The translations under genes were made by a program, and so were the position numbers. The notes under the pieces were generated by a model, which did not search any database, was not told the origin of the DNA, and saw only the letters and a program-made list of their open reading frames with translations. Source: the human T2T-CHM13v2.0 reference genome, Homo sapiens. From it: a stretch of DNA of 64,000 nt. Positions 1 through 14,376 of the stretch are shown piece after piece (position 1 is the first letter of the stretch; each line of letters starts with the position of its first letter). Location of the stretch: assembly GCF_009914755.1 (NCBI RefSeq), contig NC_060932.1; one strand, given 5' to 3'.

Positions 1-261
1 CTTTCACTAATATCACATCTGGCTATAAAAAAATATTATCTCCCAAGTACCCTGCCTCTGATATCAAGCCAAGGGCCTAGAGGAACTGGCCAAAGCAGAA
101 TGGCTTGGAAAGATGGTCAGAATGCACCAAGACCATGAAAGTTTCACTTCTCTCAAAGAGAGACCTGGAACAGCAGTTCTTCAGGCTAATGTGGTCCCTG
201 TATCACAGACCTGGTCATGGACTCTCAAAAACACCTTTTAAGAGATTCCCATAAGGAGATT

Positions 262-420
262 AACAGAGACGTGCACAAAGATGAGTGTGTTTCTTCTTTA
301 AGGCATACTTATAGTGTGAAAAATGAATATTATAAATGTCCAACAATAGGAAAATGATGATATAAACTTTTATACAACTACATGGCTGAAAACTATGCAA
401 ATGTTATAAAGTAGTGTTTT
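262..420 (+). mobile_element. Old L1 (L1M) 3' fragment
   Basis: 'gtgcacaaagatg...aaatgtccaacaatagg' resembles the L1M 3' region; highly diverged. Confidence 0.5.
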
Positions 421-484
421 CAGGATGACCACAAAGAGAAAAGTTAACATTTTAACAAAATATGTACAGAGTATGGGAAAGACA

Positions 485-715
485 AGTTTTCCACCAAAAT
501 CCATTCTCCCCTTTTAATAATAGAATTTAATTTCTTAAAATAATAGATTTTTTTAAAGAATAGAAATCCAGATTTTTAGCTGGACACATGGCTACACAGC
601 TAGAAACCTCATTTCTCACCCTCCTTGCCTGCTGGGGCATGTCCATGCATCTGAATTCTGGACTGTGGAATGTGACCAGGAGTGATGTGTGCTATTTCCA
701 GATTGTCTCCAAGTA
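485..715 (+). mobile_element. ERVL-class LTR fragment (LTR33/LTR16-like)
   Basis: 'catttctcaccctccttgc...ggaatgtgaccaggagtgatgtgtgc' motif typical of old ERVL LTRs. Confidence 0.5.
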
Positions 716-781
716 GTTGGCTGCTGGGTATGATTATGAAACTGAATGATGGGCCATGGAGTGTTTCATGCCATTTCCAGA

Positions 782-865
782 TTGCCCCCAAGTATTTGTG
801 GACATGTTCACACATTTATCTTGTCCCCACGTATTTGTGAATGTATTCACATGTTTCTTTTGCCC
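782..865. repeat. Diverged 39-bp tandem duplication (2 copies)
   Basis: ttgcccccaagtatttgtggacatgttcacacatttatc / ttgtccccacgtatttgtgaatgtattcacatgtttctt. Confidence 0.7.
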
Positions 866-1261
866 ATTCTTTACCCTGAAGGTTGAGTTGCAGATGTGAT
901 TATGGGGTCCTAGAAGATATATCTTGGAGCCAGAGCTTATCTAGGGTGTAGTTGTCTCTTGTGTTGATGAAAGTGCTGAGCAGAGAGAATGGCTCGCCAA
1001 AGCACAAGTGACCCATGAGCTACTGTGTGTTGAAGGGACACTCATTTGAAGGTCACTGCTAGGTGCTCAGGGGGACAACACAGAAAGCTCACACACAGTC
1101 TGCAGCAGAGTAATGGAAAGCCAAGTCTTCACACTTTTAGCCCAGCATCTTATCTCTTAGATTAACTGTGGCATTGTGAGGACTGCAAGTGGTTTGCTTT
1201 GGGGTCATGTCTTCTTTTGCCCATTTCTGCTATCTCTGTTAACTCTGGGCTCTTCTACTAT

Positions 1262-1659
1262 ATATATATGATTTGGCTCATGCAATTATGGAAGCCAAGA
1301 AGTCCCACTATATGCTGTCTGCAAGCTGGAAAACCAGGAAAGCTGATGGTATTAAATCCAAGCTCAAATGCCAGAGAGCTAGGAGCTCCACTGTTCAAGA
1401 GCAGAAGAATGTACATGTCCCACCTCAGAGAGAGAGAGCTAATTCACCCTTCTTTCACCTTTTTGTTCTATTCAGGCACTCAATGGATTGGATAATGCCT
1501 GCCCACATTAGTGAGAGTGGATATTTTTACTCAGCCTACTGATTCAAATGCTAGTCTCTTCTGGAAACATCCTCACAGACACACTCAGAAATAATGTTTT
1601 ACCAGCTATCTAGCCATCCCTTAACCCAGTCAAGTTGACACATAAAATTAACCATTACA
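1262..1659 (-). mobile_element. MLT2 (ERVL) LTR
   Basis: Ends 'cccagtcaagttgacacataaaattaaccattaca', the reverse complement of the MLT2 5' end; internal 'tggctcatgcaattatgga...gcaagctgga'. Confidence 0.85.
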
Positions 1660-2094
1660 CCCTCCAAAATATTCTTATTTTGAAATTCTCGCCCCCAGTA
1701 CTTCAGAATGTGATCTTATTCTTTAAAAGGATCCTTGCAGATGTAATGAAGTTAAGATAAGCTCATTAGGGTGGGCTGTAATCTAATATGGCTGGTATCC
1801 TTATAAGAAGGCACGTAGACACACAAAGAGAAGATGGGTGTATGACACAGGACACAGAGATTGAAGCGTAACAGTTGCAAGCCAAGGATTGTCAAGGATT
1901 TCCAGCAAGCAACCAGAAGCTAGGAAGAACCAAGGAGGGATCTCCCCACATGAGCCTTCAGAGAGAGAGCATGGCCTTGCCAACACCTTGGTTTTGGACT
2001 TCCAGCCTTCAGAACTGCGCGATAATAAATTTCTGTTGGTTTAAGGTAACCAGTTTGTGATGGTTTGTTATAGCAGCCCTAGGAAACTGATACA
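1660..2094 (+). mobile_element. MLT1C-like MaLR LTR
   Basis: 'ggacttccagccttcagaactg...aataaatttctgttg...gcagccctaggaaactgataca'. Confidence 0.85.
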
Positions 2095-3296
2095 GTCTCT
2101 CTGGACAGCCTATGTCTATGCAGAAATGGCCACAGTAGGCAGAGCTGTCCAAGCAGTGAGCATATATAGGGCTCTGACCCCTTACCGAGGGCCCGGCTGC
2201 AGCCCTGACTTATAGGGTTCCTTTAAGCAATGAAGTCAGAATGGGCCAAGACAAGAAAAATTGCAAGATTCATTATTTAACACTGACTCCTACCAGGGTT
2301 ATGGGGAAAATAAACACATCAATGGTACCTAGAAGATCTTTCTGGGTGGCCAAGCTAATAGAATAAGCCGTATTCTTCATCTTCTCTTTCATGGTATCAT
2401 TCTTTTTCTGCAACAAAACTCCTCCCAAATTGTACCTAGAATTCCTGAAAAAGTGGAGCTAACTAGATAAATGTGAACATCAGTACCCCCCCCCAAAAAA
2501 AAATCACGTTACTTCATTTGCATGTGATATTCTCATTTAAATTTCATTACCATAAAGTGAGGGTTCTATTACCAGGGTAACCAGTAATAGAAAAGGAGCA
2601 GTATGGCTTTGACAAATGACTTACTCCACTTTGGCTCATTCCTATTGGGTTCTTGGTTACCCGCTTGCTTGTGATTAAAAGAACACAAACCATTCCATAC
2701 TTTTGTCTTTTTCTCACCTTGTTTTGCTTTTCTCTTCGCCTAGAATCTCACTCCTTACCTTCCAGTTAAACCTTATTTGTATGTAGAGTTTCTACTGAAT
2801 TTGCTAATTTATCGTTTTCATTTCTTCTAGCTGAACTTGATGTTGTTTTCCCATCTCCTGCTCAGCAACCTCTCCCTCTGATAAACACTCCCATGACTCC
2901 CAAAGTTCCCATGACTGTGTTCCCAGTGCCTGACATCCAGTCACATGATCTATATGGCATGTCTGGAGGTTGAATTTCTGCATGGCCGTGAATTAACTCC
3001 ATGACCATGTGGTAAATTTTTCAATATTTCCAGGAAGCAGGCTGCTTATCTGTAAAATGAGATGCGCTACTTTATGAGAGCTAAATTTCACAATGTATTT
3101 GAAGCCTGACGCTTATAGCCTTTGTGTTACTTATTTATCTGATGCTGCATAACTTAGTAGCTTAGAGCAGTAATAATCTATTATCCTTCACAGTTTCCAT
3201 GACTCAGGAATTCAAGAGTAGCTTTGATGGGCTGTTTAGGCTTGGAGTTTCTCATGAGTTTGCAGTGAGATATTGGCTGGACCTACAAGTATTTGA

Positions 3297-3780
<484 letters not shown>

Positions 3781-4253
3781 GCTGAGTCCTTTTTATGACC
3801 TAATCTCTGATTTCTCATAACATCAACTCTGCCACATTCTTTTTGTTGAAAGTGAGTCACTAAGTCACTAAGATCAGCCCACATTCAAAATGAAGGGATT
3901 TAGTTCCACTATTTGAGTGGAAGAGTGTCAAAGAATTTACAGGCATATTTTAAAGCCATGACAAACACTTAATAAATGTCAACTTTTATTATAAATATAG
4001 TAGTATATATTTTGGGGATATAAATATATATATGTATACGTGTACAAATATTTGTGTATATATAATCCGTATGTACAATCTATCTATCTATATCTGCATT
4101 GGTAGTAAAAAAAAAAGTGCTGTTTTTAGAATTTATTTCATCTTGCTCTGGTACCCTCTTAACCACTGATGCTGAGGAGTATCGTGGAGTGGTAGAACAA
4201 AAATTTGGTAACTAAAAAGATCAATCTCTTCCTTTTTTAAAAAACAGTTTTTT

Positions 4254-4599
<346 letters not shown>

Positions 4600-5566
4600 T
4601 CAAACTCCCTTTGGGCCTGGTGTTTTCCCTCTTAGGAAGTTATTCCTTTCTTCTTGGAAGGAGAACACTCACTCACTTTGGCTGGGCCTGTTTCTACAGC
4701 TTGGCTTTGCACACAGCTTTCTCCACCCTACTTCATGTTAGCCCGGGCTAGGCCCCCATCTTTCTTCTTTGACTTCTCAATCTAAGTCATCCTTCACTGT
4801 CAAGTAATGATGGGAACTGAAGATACATTTTTTTTTCCCCTGAAATTTAGATTTCTAGGCAAGCTGCCAAAGGGTCATTTCTCCAACAGGGTACCTGATA
4901 TCTGGCAATTCAAATTTTTGGAAAAGTAATAATGTTATCAAATAAATAATTGTATAAAACAGAACAATATATTTTTATTTATTAATTTTCTTAAATTACT
5001 GTACAGAAAAATTAACTTTTTGGTATATGATTCTATGAATCTTAACACATGTATGCTTTTCACAACTAGGATACAGAACAACTACAGCACTCCCAAAACT
5101 ACCCTGATACTTCTTTACAGCCACATGCCCTGCACCCATTCTAAACCCCGGCAATCTGTTTTCCATCACTATCATTTTGACGTTTCAAGAATGTTATATA
5201 AAATGGAAACTTTTGAGATTGGCTTTTTCCCCCCACTTAGCCTAATTCCTTTCAGATATATCCAAATTGTTTCATGTATCAACAGTTTGTTCTTTTTTAA
5301 TGTTGTGTTGTATTCCATTGTATGGACATACCACAGTTTGTTTTTCCACTTACCAATGAAGTATTACTAAAATACCAGGGGTTTGTCTAGGTCTCATTTC
5401 TCAGTGCACAGAAAGCTAATCACTGGGACAAAGAGTGTTACCAGGGAAGAAGGCTTTATTCGGGTGCTGCAGCCAAGGATATGGGAGTTGAGTCTCAAGT
5501 CCATCTCCCCAATCAGCTAAAATCAGGGGTTTCTATGTAGGAGAAGGAATGTTGTTAAATATGAGA

Positions 5567-5660
5567 AAACAGGAATTAGGGAAGGATAAGGAAGAGGAGA
5601 TGGTAAACAGGAATTAGGGGGAATAAGGAAGAAAGTTGATAAACAGGAAATAGGGAAGGC
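5567..5660. repeat. ~37-bp purine-rich tandem repeat (3 starts) inside LTR
   Basis: aaacaggaa(t/a)tagg at 5567, 5605, 5641. Confidence 0.8.
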
Positions 5661-5677
5661 TAAGAGAATCATGTGAA

Positions 5678-5820
5678 GCAAGTGCAGTGGCTCACACCTG
5701 TAATGCTAACACTTTGAGAGGCCAAGGTGAGAGGATCACTTGAGGCCAGGAATTCAAGACCAGCTCTGGTGACACAACGAGACCCCACCTCTACAAAATA
5801 AAACAACAACAATGACAACA
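5678..5820 (+). mobile_element. FLAM/AluJ left monomer
   Basis: 'gtgcagtggctcacacctgtaat...gaggatcacttgaggccaggaattcaagaccagc'. Confidence 0.85.
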
Positions 5821-6629
5821 TGATACATAAGGGGTCTGGCATCTCATTGTCTGGATGCAGTGATATGGTGAGTTTCAGTGCCTCAGTTTCTTGTTTGAGG
5901 TCTGGTTTTCTGAGGAAGAAACTTAGATGATAAGACAAATTTAATTTTCAAGTTTTAAGACTGGAAGTGTCAATTTCTATGTTTATTCAAAAAGCTGCAA
6001 ATGTCAGTTCTATGGGACATTTAAGCTGGTTTCAGAAGGACGTTGGAGTTATTTCCAGTTTTTGGCAATTGGAAATAGAGCTGCAATAAACGTTCCTGTA
6101 CAGATTTTTGAGTGAGTACAAGTTTTCCTTTCTCAAAGGGGAAATGCCCAGCAGTAGAAATGGTATCATATGATACTTGTATGTTTAACTTTATAAGAAA
6201 CTGCCAAGCTGATTTAGAAACTGGCTATATCATTTTCCATTCCGATCAGCAATATGCAAGAGTTTCAATTGCTCCAAACCCTCACTAGCACTTAGTTCTA
6301 CTAGTATTTTTTATTTTAGCGATTCTAATACATATGTAGTGGAATCTTATGCTTTTAAATTGCATTTTTCTAATGGTTAATTATGTAGAACATCTTTCCA
6401 CATGCATGTTTTCCATCCCCGTATCTTCTGTAAGCAAGTGTCTGTTTGCCCATTTTCAAATTGGGTTTTTGTTTTCTTGCTATTGAGTTTAGAGAGGTCA
6501 TTATATATACATAATGAGTTCTTTGTCAGATATGTAATTAGAAGATATTTTCTCCTAGTCTATAGCTTGTCTTTTCACTTAATAACGTCTTTCACAGAGC
6601 AAAAGACTTTAATTTTAATGAAGTCCAGA

Positions 6630-7287
6630 TTATTTTGTTTTATTTATTTATTTTCTGAGATTGGGTCTTGTTCTGTCACCCAAGTTGGAGTGCAGTGTTA
6701 TGATCACAGTTCACTGCTGCCTCCAACTCCTGGGCTCAAGACATCATCCTGCCTCAACCTCCTGAGTAGCTGAGTTTACAGGTGCACACCACCATGCCTG
6801 GCTATATTATTCTGTTTTCTCGTTGCTGATAAAGACATACCGGAGACTGGACAATTTACAAAACAAAGAGTTTTAAGGGACTTACAGTTCCACGTGGCTG
6901 GGGAGGCCTCACAATCATGGCAGAAGGTGAAAGGCAAGTCTCACATGGTGGCAGACAAGAGAAGAGAGAGCTTGTGCAGGGAAACTCCCCCTTACACTAA
7001 CCATCAGATCTGTGATACTTACTATCATGAGAACAGCACAGGAAAGACCTGCCCCCATGATTCAATTACCTCCCACTGGGTTCCTCCCACAACACGTGGG
7101 AATTCAAGATGAGATTTGGTAGGGACACAGCGAGACCATATCACAGGCTAATTTTTAAAAAGTTTTCTGTAGAGGTTAGGTCTTGCCATGTTGTCCAGGT
7201 TGGTCTTGAACTCCTAGGCTCAAGCAACCCTCCCACCTTAGCCTCCCAAAGTGCTGGGTTTACAGGTGTGAGCCACAAAGCCCAGTC
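6630..7287 (-). mobile_element. AluJ interrupted by THE1
   Basis: Right arm 6630-6802, left arm 7144-7287; J diagnostics 'cctgggctcaag'. Confidence 0.9.
6803..7143 (-). mobile_element. THE1B/C MaLR solo LTR
   Basis: 'gctgataaagacatacc...cttacagttccacgtggctggggaggcctcacaatcatgg...accatatca'; 5-bp TSD ctggc/caggc. Confidence 0.92.
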
Positions 7288-7401
7288 AATCAGTTTTAAA
7301 AATGGTTTGTGCTTCTGTGTTATTTGTAAGAACTCCAGGCTTTCTATCTTCTAAGGTTTCTGATAAGAAATCTGTCATTCAAGTTGTTCCCCCATAGATA
7401 A

Positions 7402-7752
<351 letters not shown>

Positions 7753-8339
7753 TCTCTGCTTTATTTCTTTATTTTTTTGTCATTAGTTTTCAGCAGTTTG
7801 ATTACCTTGGTGTGGATTTTTTTGGCGTTTATTCTGTTTGAGTTTTACTTAACTTCTTGGACCTATAGTTTTAATCTTTTGCTAAACTTGGGAAGATTTT
7901 AGTCATTGTTTCTTTAAATATGTTTTCAACACCATACTCTTCTTTCTCTTTTTATGGGATTCCAGTGATCTTAATTTTCGATCCTTTTTATTGCCCCACA
8001 GTTCCATGAGGTTCTGTTAATTTTTGTTCAATTTTTTTTCCTCTTTGTTCTTTGGATGGGATGTTTTCTATTGATCTGCCTTTTGGTTCAGTAATAATTT
8101 TCTCTCTTTTCCAATCTGCTATTGTGCTCAATTAGTAAGTTTATTTATTTATTTTGTGTTTATTTGTATTTTTTATTTCTAAAATTTTAATCTTATTTTT
8201 CTATATGTCGTTTAGTTCTTTGTTGAGATTTTCTATTTTCCCAGTTGTTTCAAGAAAACTTACTATTACTTGTTATGGCATTCATATAAAAGCTACTTTG
8301 AGATTTGTTGGAAAATCCAAGCACAGTAATACACACTGA

Positions 8340-8681
8340 TATTATAAGGCCACTGACATGGTGGCTTAAACAACAGAAATTTAAAATGTTAGCAGGTTTT
8401 GTTTCTCCTGGGACCTGTCTCGTTGGTTTGCAGGTGGCTGTCATCTCTCTGTGTCTTCACATGGTCTTTTCTTTGTGGGTGCATCCTTGGTGTCCCTTTT
8501 TGTGGGTCCTCTAATCTCCTGTTTTTATAAGGACACTATCCATATTGGATTAGAGATCACCCTAATGACTCATTTTAACTCAATTACTTTTTCAAAGGTC
8601 ATATCTCTAAATACAGTTGAATTTTGTGTGACTAGCACTTCAACATACAAATTTTGGGGGAGCACAATTCAGCCCATAACA
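8340..8681 (-). mobile_element. MLT1A-like LTR
   Basis: 'gtggcttaaacaacagaaattta...tataaggacact...cacaattcagcccataaca'. Confidence 0.8.
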
Positions 8682-8852
8682 CTGTGTCATCTTGATGTTG
8701 CTATCTGTTGAGTGTTTTTTCTTATGTAAATTGAGATGTTCCTGTTTCTTCATGTGCTGAGTAATTTTACATTGTGTCCTGCACATTTTGACTGTTATAA
8801 GACTCTTGGTCTTATTCAACTCCTATTGAAAACACAGATATTTTTGTCTTAG

Positions 8853-9305
<453 letters not shown>

Positions 9306-10164
9306 TGACTTGGGCAATGTCTATCTACATGTCTAGTTCTTAAACTTGTTGGTATGTTGATTAGGGCCAGACCCATGCATACGTAAATTTGAGGTAAGCC
9401 ACGGAGTTCATAAGCAAGTTTATGGGGTTTCTTTCTTGATATCCCCTCTGTTTGCAATCTGCTGGTACTTGTTCCATGGGAGTCTCTTTTTGGTTTCTTC
9501 TGCTAGAGAGTGGAGGCTTTAGTTTTCCCACTCTGCTACACATATCCAGAGCTAACTGCTGGGAGGATAAAGAAAAAATAAAAATTAAGGGAGAGTCACT
9601 TCACCTCTTTGGAATTATAGCTCCACTGATCAGAAAGGAAGATCCCCCAGGACCCTCCCCCTCCAGCAGGGCCCCTATTGGAGGCCTCTGCCATCACTGC
9701 TGTGGAATTGCTTGGGGATCATGGTGTGAGAAAACAGAAAGAATGAAAGAAAGGGAGGGAATTACTCACTCTCTTACATGAATGTTAGGAGTTTGCCTTT
9801 CACACCTTGAGGCAAAAAAAGGGTTTCCCCTGGAGCTCTCTGGGTGTTCTGGTGCTCCTTTATGGGTTTCAGGCTAGAGAATACCAGAAAAGAAAAAAAT
9901 AAAAATTCATCACAGGTTTGGTGGTACTTTAAAATTTAGGGTGCCTTCCCAATCTTCTTGCTATTTATTTTTCAGAGTCCTCAGGTAGCTGTTCCATGCA
10001 GCTGGCATGTTCTGTCCAGGTTTCATAGCTGCAGTGAAAGCTGTCAGTGCAAGAGACAGGGTAGACTGTGCTTATCCCATCTTACCAAGAACTGGAACCT
10101 CCTGAAATAAAGCAACATTAAAATTGAATAAAAAATAAAGTCAAAACCTGCTTTTGAATGCTAA

Positions 10165-10459
10165 TTTTTTTTTTTTTTTAAACAAAGTCTTGCTCTGTCA
10201 CCCAGGCTGGAGTACAGTGGCATGATCTCAGCTCACTGCAACCTCTATCTCCGGTGTTCAAGTGATTCTCATGCCTCAATCTCCCAAGTAGCTGGGATTA
10301 TAGGCACCCCCACCACACCCGGCTAACTTTTGTATTTTTAGTGGAGATGAGGTTTCACCATGTTAACCAGGCTGGTCTCAAACTCCTGGCCTCAAGTGTT
10401 CTGCTCCTGTCAGCCTCCCAAAGTGCTACGATTACAAGCATGAGCCACTGAGCCCAGCC
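10165..10459 (-). mobile_element. Alu (Sx/Jb-like)
   Basis: Full dimer; TSD aatgct. Confidence 0.93.
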
Positions 10460-10617
10460 AAATGCTTGAATCCAATAAATATAATTAAGAGAGGATGAAT
10501 ATATAGATAGAAGTTTAAGTAAAAAATAGTAATTCTGACGATGTCTAAACATTTACAAAAGCTTTTGAGAATACGGGCACTCATTGTGTCTGATTTTAGA
10601 TAAAACTGTATACTTCC

Positions 10618-10900
10618 AGCTGGGCACAGTGGCTCACACCTGTAATCCCAGCACTTTGGGAGGCTGAGGCTTGAGCTCAAGGAGTTAAAGACCAGCATGG
10701 GCAGCATAGCAACACTTTGACTCTAGTAAAAACAAACAAACAAAAAAAAAAAAATTAGAAGTGGTATCACAGGCCTGTAGTCCCAGATACTCTGGATGCT
10801 AGGGTGAGGAGATTGCTTCAGCCCAGGAGCTGGAGGCTGCAGAGAAAGACCCTGTCTCAAAACAACAACAACAAAAAAACAAAGAATAAAGAAACAAAGA
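10618..10900 (+). mobile_element. AluJ with internal deletions
   Basis: 'gctgggcacagtggctcacacctgtaatcccagc...gcccaggagctggaggctgca'. Confidence 0.88.
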
Positions 10901-10904
10901 AAAC

Positions 10905-12556
10905 ATGGAGGTTTTCAGACAAATGACTAATACTATCCTTGTGCTTATAAAAATGATTAATTTTTAAGTTCATGAGAAAAAGGAGTAGGGAAAAGGAACA
11001 TTTATCAGTAATATAAGACTGAAACAAAATAAATGGAGTTTAAAAGGATGTGTGTGTATGTTAATATGTTTATGTTTAACTGAAGTAAACAGTAAAAGAC
11101 CATGGTAAACAGAAGAGGAAAGCCGCTGTGTATGACAAAAACACACATCATGCTATTCTTTGCTGACCACGTGGTGGCACTGTTGACATGAGACAGTTTA
11201 GTGGATTTGTTTAGTAAAATGGATTTGCACGCTATATTGCTGATTTTAACTAAACTAATCCTCTTAAAATACACAAGTCATTAAAAAATATTTCCTGCAA
11301 AGAAACTTCAGGTTAAGATAATACTAATAATTGAAGCTGCAGATAATAACAAAGAAATGGAAGAACAAGATGTCTCTCTTCCTGGTTTGAACACTTTTTC
11401 AGCCACATTGTGAGAAAACAATCAATGGCTATTGGTGATATATTACTTAGCAGAATTTTTAAAAATAATATATATCCATTTACTTGATCCCTTTTAGTTA
11501 AAAGTAATATTTTTGATAATAAATAAAAAATAGTATTTTGAAGAAAACTCATGCTTTTAAAAATTTTGAAATGTTTAAATATATTTATCATTATGAGATT
11601 TTCTCCCTGAGACTACAACTGCTATATATTACTTATAGAATTCTAATATTTCAACACTAAGTCTTTGAAACTAAATTTTCTGTTTAAAAACCTGTCAAAT
11701 GAATAAGTAGGTTTTGAAACAATTTATAAAACAATTAATAAATACCTTCCATTAATTTGCAAAATGATTTACATTACATAATATGGAAATTTATTGGTCA
11801 AATATCAACATAAAACTTGGAATTACTGGTAGATAGTGCCAAAAAGTAGGGATGATATTTAATAATTAAAGCTAATATGATAACTTGTATGTGGATATGC
11901 TTTTTCCATATGGACCTGTGCTTCTTTGTAAAGTATGTTTTTAACTATGGCAGTCATTAAAATTACAAAAATAAAAATACATTTAGAACTAGGCTCTCAA
12001 ATCATTTTATCACAAAATGTTGTTTCCAGACATTTAAAGACAGTAAAGCATACTGAATCATGTCTCTCTTGCTAAAATTAATATTTTTAGTTAAAGCAAA
12101 GAAGTTTTTTATTATTAATAATAAACTAAAATGAAAAAATTAAGTTTAAAACATTTTATTTTTGGTATGTTTTATAATGACACAATCAATAATTATATGT
12201 GACACTTTATACATTTTACTGTATACCAGACACTGTTTCATTTATTTCCTTTTTTTTATTTATTACTAAGACACCACATGACCATGCATAGGCACTGTTT
12301 TAAATGCTTTACATATAGTAATTATTTTAATTCTCATAACACATAATGATGATTATATTGGTCTCCCTATTTAACAGATCAGCAAAATGAAGCATATAGA
12401 GTTTAAGAAACAAACGTAAGACCAACTAGCTAATAAGTGACAGAATCAAGAATTATTACTACAGTAATGCATACATTTAATTTACATATAAATTACTCAT
12501 TTCCAAACCAATAAAAAGGCCAATGAAATTATGAGATCAAAGTTTGGAGACCATTT
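10905..12556 (+). mobile_element. hAT-Charlie (Charlie7-like) transposase fossil
   Basis: 11900-12035 reads as a decayed hAT dimerisation domain (PxG...LCKV.F.TMAVIK...LELGSQIILSQNVVSR); terminal 'aaagtttggagacca' at ~12540-12554 resembles the Charlie7 TIR. Confidence 0.6.
12280..12455 (-). mobile_element. MIR
   Basis: 'atgctttacatat...tttaacagat...agctaataagtgacaga'. Confidence 0.65.
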
Positions 12557-12734
12557 GTCTAAAGCTAATAGGTGTGGTGGCAAGATAAAAATACATTCAT
12601 GCAAAGCTCAACCCAACATTTAGTATAGCATATTAGCATTTATAAACCATGTGCACGATTTTATTTAATTTCCACAATAACCTTTGAAGTAGTCATGTTA
12701 ATCTCAGAAACACAGCATAATAAAGATAATGTCT

Positions 12735-13170
12735 AATGGAGCCTGACAGACCTGAGTATAAAGTTTAACACTACCACTCACCACATCCATGATTTAGGGT
12801 ATTTCTTAACCTCTTTGAATTTCATTTTTTCTTATCTTCAAAAGGAAAACACACACACAAACACACATGCACACACATACACACACATCTTATAGAGTTA
12901 CTGTAGGATTAAATAGCATAATATAATAGAGGGTAATAGTTAAGAATGTAGATTCAGGAGCTGGACTGTCTGAGTTTGAATGCTACCTGTACAACGTATT
13001 AGTTACAACTTTCTTTGTTTAGTTATAAATATTCTCTCTGCCTTAGTTTTCTCATCTGAAATATAGGGCTAATGATACCACCCACCTTACAGAGTTTTTG
13101 TATGGATTGATTGATATAATTTATTAAGGACCTGGAACCTAAGAAATAATAAATGATGGCTATTATTCAT
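12735..13170 (+). mobile_element. Two MIR copies with (CA)n
   Basis: MIR core 'ctctctgccttagttttctcatctgaaa'. Confidence 0.65.
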
Positions 13171-13552
13171 AAATATAAAATGCTTAGCCTATGGTAGGCA
13201 CCCTAAATAGCAACAATTTGTAGTCATTATACCTATTGAGAGCTTTACTCAAGATTACGCTATTAAGAAGCATCCAGGTCTCTTACCTCTGGATCCCATG
13301 CTATAAGCAGCTAGTGTTTTCACGCATGGATAATTCCCTTCTGAGGGATGTAGGCAAAATGTGTTCCCAGGGAGAGAGCACTTAGCCTTGAGCTCATCAA
13401 GAAACGCTTCAAATTAGTACTGAGATCTGAGCAGGATTTGGAGAGGTAGAAATCATGGAGGAGGTAATTCCAGCGGGAAGGAATTGTGCAAAGCCAAAAG
13501 ACAGGAGCTGAAAAGTATGTCTGAGGGAGAGTGAGTAAAATGTTTGGCCTGG

Positions 13553-13840
13553 GGCTGGGTGCAAAGGCTCTCACCTATAATCCCAGCACTTTGAGACTGG
13601 GGTACCACTTAAGTTCAAGAGTTCGAGGCCAGTCTGGGCAACATAGCAAGATGCCATCTCTAAAAAAAATTAGAAAAAGTTAGTTGGGCATGGTGGCATG
13701 TCTGTAGTTCCACTTACTCAGGAGGCTGAGGTGGGAAGCGCACTTGAGCCCAGGAGTTTGAAGAAGAAGTGAGTTATGATCATGCCACTGCACTCTGACC
13801 TGGGTGACAGAGAAAGACTCTGTCTCTAAAAAAAAAAAAA
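13553..13840 (+). mobile_element. AluJ
   Basis: Dimer with 'cttgagcccaggagtttga'; A tail. Confidence 0.9.
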
Positions 13841-13844
13841 TTAT

Positions 13845-14006
13845 CTCTATATATGTATATGTATATACATGTTTTTATATATATAAAATAAGATGTATTA
13901 TATAAAACAAGAGGTATAATATATAAAACAAGATGTATTTTATAGATATAAAACAAGATACATATACACACATATAAAAAACAAGATATATAATTATATA
14001 TATAAT
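13845..14006. repeat. AT-rich ~20-bp minisatellite (tatataaaacaagatgta)
   Basis: About five degenerate copies. Confidence 0.8.
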
Positions 14007-14077
14007 AAAATTTTTGGCCTGGAGCAGACCTACATTTTAGAAAAATTAACCTCGTAGAATTAGAATAGAAAAAAAAG

Positions 14078-14376
<299 letters not shown>

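Larger units (their letters stand above)
5362..6034 (-). mobile_element. ERV1 solo LTR (MER31-like)
   Basis: 'accaggggtttgtctaggtc...gcacagaaagctaatcactg...ccagggaagaaggcttta'; 4-bp TSD GAAG (5358-5361 / 6035-6038). Confidence 0.7.

Noticed and set aside
782-865. 39-bp repeats (also 5567-5660, 32828-32956) as CRISPR-like arrays
   Set aside because: Head-to-tail tandem copies with no unique spacers; eukaryotic context; no cas genes.
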